A stretch of 64,000 nucleotides of DNA from Candidatus Krumholzibacteriia bacterium (GTDB lineage: Bacteria > Krumholzibacteriota > Krumholzibacteriia > Krumholzibacteriales > Krumholzibacteriaceae): positions 960,001 through 1,024,000 of the forward strand of contig CAWIIQ010000001.1 of assembly GCA_963836185.1 (NCBI GenBank). The letters are read 5' to 3'. The notes beneath the pieces are model-generated. The model worked only from the letters and a program-made list of their open reading frames with translations. It searched no databases and was not told where the DNA came from. A program made the translations under genes and the position numbers. Positions 1-11,500 of this stretch are shown one piece after another; position 1 is the first letter of the stretch, and each line of letters starts with the position of its first letter.

Positions 1-147
1 GTCAACGGCCATCGCAAGGCCGACTTCTACCGGGTGATATGGGACGGCACGAACAATAACGGAAGCAGGGTCGCAAGCGGCGTCTACTTCTACCGTCTGA
101 CGGCCGGAAAGAATGTGATGGCCAAAAAGATGGTGCTTCTTAGATAG
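1..147 (+). CDS. 3' end of a secreted protein with a C-terminal FlgD Ig-like / T9SS-type sorting domain (partial)
   Basis: Frame 1 reads ...YRVIWDGTNNNGSRVASGVYFYRLTAGKNVMAKKMVLLR*, which has the WDG...SGVYFYRL...KM signature. Stop TAG at 145-147. Confidence 0.85.
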   Translation, partial: VNGHRKADFYRVIWDGTNNNGSRVASGVYFYRLTAGKNVMAKKMVLLR

Positions 148-169
148 AAAGGTCAGCATACGGGCTGCG

Positions 170-202
170 GACAGGGGCCGGGACATATGTTCCGGCCTTT
201 GT
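170..202. terminator. Hairpin between convergent genes, probable bidirectional terminator
   Basis: ACAGGGGCCGGGACATATGTTCCGGCCTTTGT inverted repeat. Confidence 0.6.
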
Positions 203-1711
203 CTATAGAGCGTCGATGCTCTCGAGGAGCCTTCGGACCTCTTCGTTGTCGGGGATTATCTCCAGGGATCTGCGCCACCAGGTCTCAGCGCTCGCGTCGC
301 CCATCTCGGCGGCGGCTATACCCCTGTTCTTGAAGAGGTAAGCCTTGAGCTCATCGGGATACGGGGTCGAATCGAATATCGACAGAGCTTCGTCGAGCAG
401 GCCGGCGGCTTCGGCGGGACGTTTCGTGTCGATAAGAAGTCTCCCGAGGTTGTTGTAGGCCGGCATGAAGGCGGGGTCGGTGTCGATCGCCGAGCGCAGG
501 CTGGTCTCGGCGCCCTCGAGATCGTTCTCTTCCCACCTTACCGTTCCCATGTTGTAGAGGGCCTCGGTGTAACCGGGATCTCTGCGCAGCGCTTCACCGA
601 GCAGGGAGTCAGCCTCATCGTAGTCTCCCTCGTTCAATTCGATGATAGCGAGGTTGTTCCAGGGGATCTCCCACATAGGATCGGATATTATCGCGTTCCT
701 GTATTCGAGCTGGGCGCCGGGGATATTTCCCGCGTCCTGGTGTTCCTGGCCGAGGCTGTTGTGGTGCTGCGCGGTCGTACGGTCGCCTTTCGCCGGGGTC
801 CGTGAGAATGCCCACGCGAGGACTGCCGCTATGATGATCAGCGCGGCCGCAGGTATGGCGATCCTGCGCCACAGAGGCGCCGGCGTGTAACCGCCCGCGT
901 TTTCACCCTCTCCCGCAAGGACGGCAAGTTCCGAGGCGAACTCTCCGGCGCTGGCGTATCTCGCGTCGGGATCCTTGGCCAGCGCTCTGTCGACGATGGC
1001 CGCCAGTTCTTCGGGGATCTCCGGGCCCCGGCCCGACAGGGATTCATGCTCCTCGTTCGCGATACTGTACATCACGGCCATCGGATGCGGAGCGTTGAAC
1101 GGGATCTCTCCCGATAGCGCTTCGTAAAGGATCGTCCCGACCGAGAATATGTCGCTTCTCGCGTCGGTCGGCATCCCCGTGGCCTGCTCCGGCGACATGT
1201 ACTGCGCCGTGCCGAGCATCGATACATCGATAGTGATACGGCTTTCAGAGGCGACATGGGCTATACCGAAGTCCATCAGCTTTACCCCTCCATCGGGGCC
1301 GACCATGATGTTATCCGGTTTGAGGTCGCGGTGGATTATCCCTTCGTCATGAAGCCGCTGGAGTGCGGAGAGGATAGCGATCATCCAGCCGGCGGTCTTG
1401 GGCCAATCGACCTGTCCATCTTCCTCTAGTGTTTCGCGGAGCGTCTTTCCCTCGAGGAGCTCCATCGCCATGTAGAAGTCGCCCTCGTGCTCGCCGGCCG
1501 CGTATACTGTCACTATGTTGGGATGATTGATCCTCGAGCAGGCCCGCGCCTCCCTTATGAAGCGTTCCCGGCCCTCATCCCCGATGATCTCCTTGCGCAG
1601 TACCTTTACCGCCAGGTCGCGCTGAAGTGTCTCATCGCGGGCGAGGTACACTATCCCCATACCGCCCTCGCCGAGGGTCTTGACGATCTCAAACTGGGCG
1701 ATCCTGTCCAC
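203..1711 (-). CDS. Hanks-type Ser/Thr protein kinase with a TM helix and C-terminal TPR repeats
   Basis: LGEGGMGIVY, AVKVL, HRDLKPDN, DFG and YMSPE motifs, a hydrophobic helix, then TPRs (YNMG, YNNLG). Start moved to GTG at 1711, after an AAAGGA RBS. Confidence 0.92.
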   Translation of the reverse strand: MDRIAQFEIVKTLGEGGMGIVYLARDETLQRDLAVKVLRKEIIGDEGRERFIREARACSRINHPNIVTVYAAGEHEGDFYMAMELLEGKTLRETLEEDGQVDWPKTAGWMIAILSALQRLHDEGIIHRDLKPDNIMVGPDGGVKLMDFGIAHVASESRITIDVSMLGTAQYMSPEQATGMPTDARSDIFSVGTILYEALSGEIPFNAPHPMAVMYSIANEEHESLSGRGPEIPEELAAIVDRALAKDPDARYASAGEFASELAVLAGEGENAGGYTPAPLWRRIAIPAAALIIIAAVLAWAFSRTPAKGDRTTAQHHNSLGQEHQDAGNIPGAQLEYRNAIISDPMWEIPWNNLAIIELNEGDYDEADSLLGEALRRDPGYTEALYNMGTVRWEENDLEGAETSLRSAIDTDPAFMPAYNNLGRLLIDTKRPAEAAGLLDEALSIFDSTPYPDELKAYLFKNRGIAAAEMGDASAETWWRRSLEIIPDNEEVRRLLESIDAL

Positions 1712-1727
1712 GCGGTCCTTTCGCTCT

Positions 1728-2681
1728 CTACTTCTCGAATATACGGTCGTATTCGGACATCGCCTCGCAGGGGCGCCCCGCCTCGGCGTACAGCCTTGCG
1801 AGGATCGAATGCATCTCCTTCGTCCCGTCGCCATCGACCATCGCCTTCTGCATCTCGGTGATGGCGTCCTCGAGGAGGCCGTGCTCGAAATAGACACTCG
1901 CTCTGAGGAAGTGGTATGTGGAGCCGTTAGGGATCTCTTCCGGATCGATCATGGCTAGTGATTCATCGAGTTTCGCGATCTCTTCTTTCGAGATCACCTC
2001 GAAAAAGGCGGCCGGGCTCCGAAGGGGAGGGACCCGGAGAGGATCGGTAGTCTCAATGGTCCACGAATAGGAGATGCCGGTCTCGAGGGCCGGAGCGCTG
2101 GAAGGGTATTCGTAGATCGACAGGTCCTTTATTCTAGTTTCGTGACAGATCCCCTTTTCATCGTAGATCGTAAGGAGAAGTTCCTCCTTGAGGTCGTTCG
2201 ATACCCATTCGAAAGCCGGGTTGGCGGTAAGTACCTTTGTCTGGCAGGGGGATACGAGGACGATCTCCGATTTGTCAGGAGCCGACCTGAGCGCCGCCAG
2301 AGAGCTTGCTCCCTTGGGGTCCTTCAGGCGCATCATATTCTGAACGACCTTGAAGCTTTCATCGCCGACCTTTATGCCGGACGGCTGCGTTTTGGTCGAT
2401 GCGCTCTTTATCTTCATGCTGCTGCTTGCGCCCACCTGGAGCCACATCCCGTTCTCGAAATGGATCTCGGCGCCGGATTCCACTGAAGTATTCACCTCGT
2501 CGCCGGCGTAGAGCGCCAGCCCGAAGCTTCCCGGTACCTCACCGCCGCTGTTTCTCTCGACAGTGACCTCTCCGGTGCAGGAGAGCAGGATAGCCGCCGG
2601 GATATCCTCACTTGCCGGCGCCTGCCCGGCGAAGATAGACGCAATGGACATAAATATAATGAATAATATGAACTTCCTCAC
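1728..2681 (-). CDS. Secreted protein: FecR-like N-terminus, DUF928-like middle, C-terminal TPR
   Basis: Signal peptide; GEVTVER...LYAGDEVNT...AEIHF FecR-like pattern; LVSP..TKVLT..P.F.W and L..G..YSW DUF928-like pattern. Confidence 0.6.
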   Translation of the reverse strand: MRKFILFIIFMSIASIFAGQAPASEDIPAAILLSCTGEVTVERNSGGEVPGSFGLALYAGDEVNTSVESGAEIHFENGMWLQVGASSSMKIKSASTKTQPSGIKVGDESFKVVQNMMRLKDPKGASSLAALRSAPDKSEIVLVSPCQTKVLTANPAFEWVSNDLKEELLLTIYDEKGICHETRIKDLSIYEYPSSAPALETGISYSWTIETTDPLRVPPLRSPAAFFEVISKEEIAKLDESLAMIDPEEIPNGSTYHFLRASVYFEHGLLEDAITEMQKAMVDGDGTKEMHSILARLYAEAGRPCEAMSEYDRIFEK

Positions 2682-2807
2682 TTTATCTCTCCCTTTTAAG
2701 GCAGGTTTCCCATGACCGCTTACGGCCCGCCGATGACGGACCCGGATATTATACAGGAAGAAGAGATCGATGAAAATGTAAAATGATACGATCGGGGGAG
2801 CGGTTTT

Positions 2808-3200
2808 CTAATGGAGCCGGGAGTGCATCGACCGCTTTCCCTCTACCGGCCACAGGTTGTGGTGCCATTCGATACAATACGAGATCTGGTCGATATCAAT
2901 CCTGAGGATTCCCCAGTCAAGGGCGGGATGGATGCTCTTCGGATCGGCAAGTCTGGACGGGTCATCAAGTTCGGACACTTTCTGCCTCAACAGGTCGAGA
3001 TTTCCTTCATCGAGGCGTCTTGTGTCCCATATCCTGACCGATAGCGAGACCGAATCCTCTGCCGCCTCCTCAACGGAGTGCACGTAATAGTACATCCCGT
3101 CGACGAGCACCAGCTCGAGGGCAAACGGAGGGATGATGCCCCGGTTGGCGCCGAGGTTCCTGAGGAACGCGTGAAGTGGATCGTGATTCTTCTTTATCAT
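2808..3200 (-). CDS. Hypothetical protein
   Basis: 130-aa ORF with normal composition that fills the gap between genes. Confidence 0.6.
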   Translation of the reverse strand: MIKKNHDPLHAFLRNLGANRGIIPPFALELVLVDGMYYYVHSVEEAAEDSVSLSVRIWDTRRLDEGNLDLLRQKVSELDDPSRLADPKSIHPALDWGILRIDIDQISYCIEWHHNLWPVEGKRSMHSRLH

Positions 3201-3344
3201 CGGGAACAGAATATCCCCTGCTCCGTATATATATCAAATCCTTTTTCGACACCTTGCCGCCGGAAAGGGTTTCTGCTATCGTGGCGGGGCGGTTTTCAGG
3301 GACCGCGTATCCGTTTCATCATCTTTCAACAGAGGGAGAGCTCG

Positions 3345-6300
3345 ATGCTTTCACGTTCCCGTTTCATCATCATGACGGCTCTTGTGCTTGCTGCCGTCAT
3401 TACCTGGCCCTCCGCGGATACAGCCGCGGGAACCCTTTCGGCCAGCCCGGGCGAGGCGCTTCTGCGCTTCCCCGACATCCATGAGGACAAGGTCGTCTTC
3501 GTCAGCGGAGAGGATATCTGGACCGCGCCCGCTTCAGGCGGGACAGCGGTAAGGCTCACGATCCATGACGGGGCAGAGCATTTCCCCAAGTTTTCCCCTG
3601 ACGGCAGCATGATAGCGTTTACCGGCAATTATGACGGAAATGCCGATGTTTACGTTATGAACGCCGATGGAGGCGGTATATCGAGGGTCACGTGGCACCC
3701 TTCATACGACGAGATCGTCGGCTGGCATCCGGTAAACGGCAAGATCATATTCAATTCAGCAAGAGACGCTTTCAACAGGTTCAGCAATCTGTACATGATA
3801 AATCCTGACGGCACCGGCCTGGAGAAACTCATCATGCACGAGGCAGTGCAGGGTTCCTTCTCTCCCGATGGAAAGAAGATCGCCTACAACCGTATCTCCC
3901 GCGAGAACAGGACATGGAAACGTTACAAGGGCGGCACCGCGCAGGAGATCTTCATATTCGATTTTGAGAAGATGGCCGATTCAAAGGTCACCGATTTCAT
4001 CGGTACCGACCGGATCCCGATGTGGATCGGCGACTATATCTACTTCAGCTCCGATCGGGACAGGGTGCTCAATATCTGGCGCCTCGATCCGGCGACCGGG
4101 GAGGCTGAGCAGCTGACGAAGCACACTGAGTACGATATCAGGCGGCCGAGTGATGGCTCCGGAAAGATCGTCTATGAGCTCGGCGGCGATATCTGGATGC
4201 TCGACATCGCTTCCGGCAAGACCGGGAAGATCGAGATCTCGGTAAACAGCGACGCTCCCGAGCTGAGGCCCTACATCAGGGAAGTGGCACGGTATATCAC
4301 CGACATCGATATATCGCCGTCCGGCAAGAGGGCGCTCGTTTCGGCGAGGGGCGAGGTCTTCACCGTGCCGCTCGAGCACGGTCCTACCCGCAACCTCACC
4401 GGCAGCAGCGGCTCGAGGGAGAAAGACGCCGTATGGTCTCCCGACGGTTCGAAGATCGCGTATTTCTCCGATGCGAGCGGAGAGTATGAGATATGGGTCC
4501 GTGGAACGGATTCAGGCGGCGAAGCTAAGAAGCTTACCAGCCACAAGGATGGGTACAGGCACACACTGCGCTGGTCACCCGACAGTAAAAAACTGGCATA
4601 CGCGGATCAGACCCTGCGGTGCTGGTGGATAGATGTAGACTCCGGAAAGAAGACCGAGGTAGACAAGGCCGAGTTCGAGAACATCGACGTTGCTCTCGAG
4701 CTCAAGCCGATTTACGATTTTTCGTGGTCGTCTGACAGCAGGTGGATAACCTACTCGAAGATGAACGCCGACCAGGTAACACAGGTCTACATTTACTCGC
4801 TCGAGACGGGTAAGAGCACGACTGTCAGTAATGGCCTGTTCAACGATTTCAATCCCGTCTTCTCGAAGGACGGGAAGCATCTCTTCTTCATCTCCAACAG
4901 ACGGTTCAATCCGACACTGTGCGATTTCGAGTGGGAGATGGTCTACAAGAAGGTCGCCGGAATCTACGCGGTGACCCTTACTGCAGACGGCGAGGCCCTG
5001 CTGCCCCCGCTAAGCGACGAGGAAAATGCCGCGGCGGAGAAAAACGGGGATGACAAGAAGGACAAGAAGGATGAAAAAAGCGGTGAAGAGCTCGTGAAGA
5101 TCGACTTCGACGGCATCGAGTCGCGTATCGAGGCTCTTCCGGTCGACAGGGCAAACTACAGGGATCTTACCGCGGCTGACGGTGAGCTCTTCTATCTCAA
5201 CAAGGACGAGGGCGATTTCAACAGGTTCGAGTTCCGGGCGATCGGCGCGATGGACCTCTGCTCATTCTCCTTCGATGACAGGGAGGAGAAGAAGGTGATC
5301 TCCGGGATAGGGAGCTACGCGCTCTCGGCCGACGGAAAGAGCATCGTCTACACGAAGAGCCGCGGCATCGGGATCATCAAGTCATCCGAGAAAGATTCAA
5401 AAGGGAACAAGCTCAGCACCTCGGGGCTAAAGATGAAACTCGACCCGCTCGCCGAGTGGAAGCAGATCTTCGCGGAAGCGTGGAGGATGGAGCGCGATTT
5501 CTACTACGAGCCCGAGATGCACGGACTGGACTGGGACGAGATGGGCAGGAAGTACGGGAAGCTGATCGATCGCGCGACATGCCGGCAGGATGTACGGTTT
5601 ATAATCGGCGAGTTGATCGGTGAGCTCAACACCTCTCACACCTACGTATTCGGCGGCGATAACCGCCGCAGCGCAAGCCGTGTCAGCGTAGGGCTGCTCG
5701 GAGTCGACTGGACAATCGATGAAAAGGCCGGGATGTATCGTTTCGAGTAAGATCTACGATGTGTCCGACTGGTCGCGGGGGGTCGTGCCGCCGCTTTCGA
5801 GGCCCGGAGTAAGGGTGGCCGAGGGAGATTACCTGCTCGAGGTCAATGGCGTCGACGTCACTGCCGACAGGAACATATACAGCTGCTTCGAAGATCTTGC
5901 CGGCAAACAGGTGACGATCCTCGTAAACAGCAAGCCGACGAAGAAGGGGGCGAAGAAGTATACGGTCGAGCCTGCCAGGAGCGAATACTGGATGAGGTAT
6001 CACGCCTGGGTCGAACATAACAGGCAGCTTGCCGACAAGATGTCGGGAGGACAGATCGGCTACCTGCACATGCCCGACACATATCTCGGCTCAGCTACTG
6101 AGTTTCCCAAGCTCTTCTACGCCCAGACCCGCAAGAAGGGGATAATACGTAGACGGCCGATTCAACGGCGGCGGACTTGATCCGGCTGTCTTCCTGAACC
6201 GCCTCAACAAGGAGGTCCTTGCCTACTGGACCCGGAGGTACTCTCACGACCAGACCGATCCGGCAGTCGTCACGAACGCTCACCTCGTCTGCCTGACGAA

Positions 6301-6649
6301 CAAGCAGGCAGGTTCGGGAGGAGACATGCTCCCGATGGAGTTCCAGATGATGAAGATGGGGCCGGTCATCGGCACGAGAACATGGGGAGGGCTGGTAGGA
6401 GTCTCGATGTGGATAGGCCTTGTCGATGGCGGCGGGATGTCGGCACCCGACTACAGGATCTACAATCCCGAAGGACGCTGGATAGTCGAGAACGAAGGCG
6501 TCACCCCCGATATCGAGATCGATCTCGATCCGGTAGAGATGTCGAATGGTAATGATGCCCAGCTGCTCAAGGGGATAGAGGTCCTGATGAAAAAGATCGA
6601 GGAGGACCCGAAACCCTGGCCGAAGCATGACAAGTTCAAGCGTCAGTAA
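3345..6649 (+). CDS. Tricorn protease (S41B), interrupted by two +1 frameshifts (~5748, ~6147)
   Basis: Signal peptide, WD40/TolB-like propeller repeats (FSPDG, WSPDG), ELIGELNTSH, a PDZ region, DGRFNGGG, the catalytic AGSGGDM and GVTPDIE, spread over three consecutive frames. Confidence 0.92.
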
Positions 6650-6670
6650 CAGTGTTAAACATCTGATGCG

Positions 6671-6703
6671 AAAAGGGGAAGGGCACTCACCCTTCCCCTT
6701 TTT
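6671..6703. terminator. Bidirectional intrinsic terminator
   Basis: AAAAGGGGAAGGG-CACTCA-CCCTTCCCCTTTTT between convergent genes. Confidence 0.85.
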
Positions 6704-6725
6704 AATATCTTTCCTATAAATTCTT

Positions 6726-7481
6726 TTACAGCCCCGTCGGCAGGTCTATGAAGAACGTCTTCAGCCCCAGCTTCTTTTCCATGAGTTTTCCGAGCGCTTT
6801 GACGCCGAAAGTCTCCGAGGCGTAGTGCCCGGCGAATATCAGGCTGATCCCGTTCTCCCTCGCGACGTGATAGGACGAGTGCGACGTTTCGCCCGTCAGC
6901 AGCGCGTCGCATCCGGCGTCGGCCGCCGCCTGCGTGAGGGAGGCTCCTCCGCCCGAGACGATCCCGATCTTTCTTACCACTGCCGGCCCGAAGGTAAAGG
7001 TCTGCACGGGCGAATCGAGGATGCCGGCGAGCTTGCGGCGCAGCCCCTCGATCTTCATCGGGCGCGGCAGCATCCCGCTGGTGCCTATATCGACACCGGC
7101 ATACTTGCCGAAGCGTTCCGTTTCTCCGATTCCCAGAGCCACGGCGAGCCGGGCGTTGTTTCCTATCTCCCTGTGGCAGTCGAGGGGCAGGTGTGCGGCA
7201 TAGAGGGAGACCTTTCCATCGAGGAGCGCCTTTACACGGGTGGACATGATCCCGGTGATCGGGGGCATGCCGCCCCAGAAAAGTCCGTGATGGACGATGA
7301 GCAGATCGGCCTTGCGGCGTGCAGCCCGGCTTATCGACTCGCGGCAGGCATCGACCGCCAGAGCGACTTTTCTGATCTCTCCCGACGCCTCTACCTGCAG
7401 CCCGTTCATCGACTGGTCCCCTGAGAACGAATCGAGATCCAGGGTCTCCTGGAGAAATCCGGTTACCTTTTCCAGTCTCAT
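6726..7481 (-). CDS. Nif3-like dinuclear metal centre protein (DUF34/YbgI family)
   Basis: NGLQVE, VHHGLFW, AHLPLDCH..GNN, TGE and AGHYASE motifs. Confidence 0.93.
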   Translation of the reverse strand: MRLEKVTGFLQETLDLDSFSGDQSMNGLQVEASGEIRKVALAVDACRESISRAARRKADLLIVHHGLFWGGMPPITGIMSTRVKALLDGKVSLYAAHLPLDCHREIGNNARLAVALGIGETERFGKYAGVDIGTSGMLPRPMKIEGLRRKLAGILDSPVQTFTFGPAVVRKIGIVSGGGASLTQAAADAGCDALLTGETSHSSYHVARENGISLIFAGHYASETFGVKALGKLMEKKLGLKTFFIDLPTGL

Positions 7482-7519
7482 TGAATTCTGCCTTTCATCG
7501 TTCCGCGTGCACGCAGTTC

Positions 7520-8554
7520 TCAACTGCCCTCGCGGGCATCCTTTATCCCCCTGCTTCTCAGCTCGAGTTCATACTTTTTTTCGAGTTCGAGGAGATCCGC
7601 CCTTCCCTTCATCTTTTTTGCCTTCGACCCCGAATCCCTCACCCGGAATCTCGGGTCGCCGGCGGTCCATTCGACTAACACCTCTGTAAGCGATATTCTC
7701 CTGATCCCCGTGTCGACGACCATCGTTTTTCCGGCCATTTCTCCCACAGGCTTGTGATGCTCGCGCTTTCCGTTGATCACGATGTCGATCCCATCGACGC
7801 TTTCTGCCAGCGTAAGGCTGCCGGCCCAGCCCTGGTAGCTCAAGGCCACGATGAGGTCACAGCCTTTCTCCCTGAGGGCGGAAACAGCCGCTAACGCCGC
7901 TATTCTGGGATCGAGCACGTCATAGTACGTAGGGATCTCCGGATCAATCTCCTGTATGAGTGAGGGGAGGGTCACGGAAAAGACCCCGATCTTTAATCCG
8001 CCCTTCACTCCCGTCAGGGTCCTTCTTGCGCCGGCCCTTACAATGGTGTATTCAGCTCCGAGCATCTCACCGGCGCGCTTGTCGTAGATATTGGATGTGA
8101 GCAGCCTGAATCCCGCCTGATCGACTCTATCGAGGAGACGGTCGCGCCCGAACCGGATATCATCGTCACCGATACCGGCTGCCTCGTAACCGATCATCCG
8201 CATTCCCTCGAAGAAATAATCGGTGTCGAACGCGGTGTCTTTTCCCTGCCGGGGATCGCAGAATCCGCCTGCGTCGAGGAGTATCGCCGGATGCTCTGTT
8301 CTTCTCTTGTCGATGAAGGAAGCCCACCTGGCCATCCCGGAATAGAGTTCCTTCTTTCAGCCGCAAGGCTCGCGGTACCCGTTCAGGCCGGCGGTGACGA
8401 AGATGCTCACCTTTGTGCCGTCGACCGGCGGCTCGGAAGGCTCAGTGCGGGCGATATAGATCTTCAACACGATCCAGACCGCGAGCAGAACAAGAAAGAT
8501 CGCGATCATGATCCGTATGAAAGGGGACAACTGATTAGCGGCGTTTCCGCTCAT
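7520..8554 (-). CDS. UshA-like (5'-nucleotidase-fold) putative selenoprotein, membrane-anchored, with Sec at the in-frame UGA 8357-8359
   Basis: ORFs 8357..8554 and 7520..8335 are in the same frame: ...GYREPCG-TGA-KKELYSG-MARW...LLDAGG...SNI. The CxU motif is followed by a hairpin. Confidence 0.82.
8315..8354 (-). promoter_or_regulatory. Candidate bacterial SECIS element
   Basis: Starting 2 nt after the UGA: GAAGGAA...TTCCTTC 7-bp stem, a TCTATT/GGTGGG wobble stem, and an apical CC-GGGAT-GG with a G-led loop. Confidence 0.65.
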
Positions 8555-11500
8555 TGCTCCTGAGGTGGCTGTAGAGTGTAGGTTTCGAGATGCCCAGTAT
8601 CTGGGCTGCCTTTGTCTTGTCTCCGGTCTTTTCGACGACCTTGTTTATCAGTGTCTGCTTCACCCTCGGCAGGATCGGGTCGCTGTCCGAGAACTCGACT
8701 GTATCGAGGAGTGATTCGATCATATCCTCGAGGGTGTTCAGCGACCTCGTCTCGACGCTCTCCCTGTGCTTGACGATATTGACCGGAAGGTCCTCGGGAA
8801 GGATGGTGTCCTTCTTCGAGATGATCATGAGCCGGTTGATCGTATTCTCCAGTTCCCTGACGTTGCCGGGCCAGTCGTACTCGGTCAGGCAGGCCATCGC
8901 CTCGGGTGAGATCCGTTTTGTGGGAGTATTGTACAGGCGGCAGTACATGGTCAAGAAATGGTTGCAGAGGAGTTTGATGTCATCCCTGCGCTCGACCAGT
9001 CCCGGCACCCTGATCGGGAATATGTTGATCCTGTAGTACAGGTCCTCGCGGAACTTTCCTTCCTTGACGAGTTTCATGAGGTCCTTGTTCGTCGCGCAGA
9101 TGACCCTCGCGCTCGTCTTGATCTCACGCGTTCCGCCGACACGGAAGAACCTCATGTCTTCGAGCACGCGCAGAAGCTTCGGCTGCAGTCTCAGCGGGAG
9201 GTCTCCGATTTCGTTCAGAAAGATCGTGCCATCGCTGGCCGATTCGAAATGGCCGACGTTCTGCTTGTACGCGCCGGTGAAGGAACCCTTCTCGTGGCCG
9301 AACAGTTCGCTCTCGATAAGCTGGTCGGGCAGGGCTGGGCAGTTCAGCGTGTGGAACGGCTTGTCCTTTCTCGGGCCCGTATAGTGGAGCGTCTTCGCGA
9401 TAAGGTCCTTTCCCGATCCGTTCGGACCGGTCAGCAGGACGGTCGTATCCAGATCCTTTATGCCGTCAATAAGGTCGTAGATCTTCCTTATCGCCGCCGA
9501 TTTCCCGATGATGTCCTGAAAAGTCACGCGATCGCCGGAGGAGGCCATTATCGAGACATTCTCTCCCAGATGCTCTTTCTGCCTGAGCCTGTCGGAAAGG
9601 AGCATCCTCTCCAGGCCGAGGGCGACCTGCTGGCTGAACGCGACAAGGAAGGTGTGGTCTTCGTCTGTCGTTCCGGCCACTTCACGGCTCGCGTCGAGGT
9701 AGAGATAACCGGTCACTTCTTCGTGTATCCAGAGCGGTGTGCAGATTATACCGGGATGATCGGCAAGGAAGTCTTCCTGTACCTTGCCGGCGGGGATCCT
9801 CGTTCGCGAAATATCGAGTGGATAGCCCAGCTGCCTCGAGATGTTAAGTATCGCGATGATATTCTTGTCGGTCAATATCGCGTCCGAATCGAAATCACCG
9901 ATCGAGGCGAGGATCCTGTACGTATCCTGTCCGTCGCTCTGAAGGATAAGCGCCGCACGTTCCATGCTCGTCATCTTCATCGCCGTCTCGGTGATCGTCT
10001 CGTTCAGCCTGTCAGGATCGTGGATCGTACGTATCAGCGATATCACACGGCAGAGGGCCCTGAACCTCGCCGAATCGGAGTGGATCTTCTCGAGATCGAG
10101 GGCGGTCCTCTCCTCGAGATGTTTCTGAAGATGGGAAACACTGCTCGGGAGCTTCTCCGATTCACCGAACAGAGAGATCGCCCTGAGAAGGTATTCACGG
10201 GCCAGTGATTCGTTTCCTTCCTCGAGATACAGTTCGCCGATCTCGGACGCTACCGAGGCAGCAGTTCCCTTTCTGCCGAGGATCGACAGTTCGAAACTGG
10301 TCTCCTCGAGGATGCGCCGTCCATGTTCGCGCTTTCCTTCAGCGAGCTGAAGCCTTCCGTCCAGCAGGTCGAGAAGAGCTGTCTCGAGCCTCGACCCGAT
10401 CTGATTGTTCAGCTCTCTCGCCTCTGCGAGCAGATCCTTCGTCTCGGTGATCTTTCCTTCGATGAGTCCGAGCTCGCCGAGCCTTCTGAGCACGACCGCC
10501 TTCTCACGAAGCGAGCGCGTCTTCTGGCATATGTGAAGAGCCCTGAAATAGTGGTTTCGCGCCTCAGCATGTTCACCCTTCCTTAAGCGGATCTCGCCGA
10601 GGGTCCCGTAGATCTCCGCGAGCAACTGCTGGTTTCCCAGATCCTCGGCCAGCTTGACAGCTGTCCTGCAGTTCGCGTCGGCTTTCTCGAGTTCCTCGGT
10701 ATCGAGGCAGGCAAGGGCTATGTTGAGATGGACCGCTGCGAGTCCCGGGAGGTTGTTATTGCGCTGCTTTATGCGCATGCTCTTGATGAAACTCTCCAGC
10801 GCCTCCTTGACTCTTCCCATAGAGCGATAAACGAGTCCGAGGTTGTTCAGGCTCGCCGCTACGCCGAGTTCGTCGTTGCAGTCCTCTCGGAGGGCGAGGC
10901 ATTTCTTGTGACAGAGAAGGGCCTCGTCGTACTTGCTCCTGTTCCAGTTGATCGCGCCCATCAGGTTGTATGACTGGGCCAGTTCCATCGGGTGCTGCTT
11001 CTTGTCGAGCAGCTTGTGTACGAGGAGGCAGTTTTCCCATGACATATCGAACTTGCCGAGGCGGTAGTGGACCCAGGCGAGATCATTGTAGAGCTTGGCC
11101 CGCTCCCTTGCCAGCACATGCTCGCCATGCATCTGGATGGCTTTATTAAGAAGTTCCTCCGCGACGATGAACTCGCCTCGTCTCTCGAGTATCTCGCATT
11201 CCTTCCTGATCGCTTCGACGGCGAGCTCCCTGTGGTTCTGCCACCGTTCGCTCGTGCTCGTCTCTTCACGGCAGTTCCTGAAGAATTCCTCGGCTTTGTC
11301 GATCATGCCGATATTCGCGTAGTAATTCCCCAGCTCGAGAAGAAGGTTAAGTCTCATCTCCACGGGAAGGTGCTGGTCGAGACCGAGGCTCATGAACCCG
11401 TCGTTGAAGGAGTTGATCGCGTTGAGGCGCTTGCGGGTCAGGAGGAGCTGGAAGACCCTCAGCCCCTTGAACGCCGCTTCCTGCATGTCGCCGGCCCGCA

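Noticed and set aside
5740-6150. Programmed frameshifting or true pseudogenisation of tricorn
   Set aside because: No slippery sequences, catalytic motifs are intact, and the same +1 pattern occurs in unrelated genes, so sequencing error is more likely
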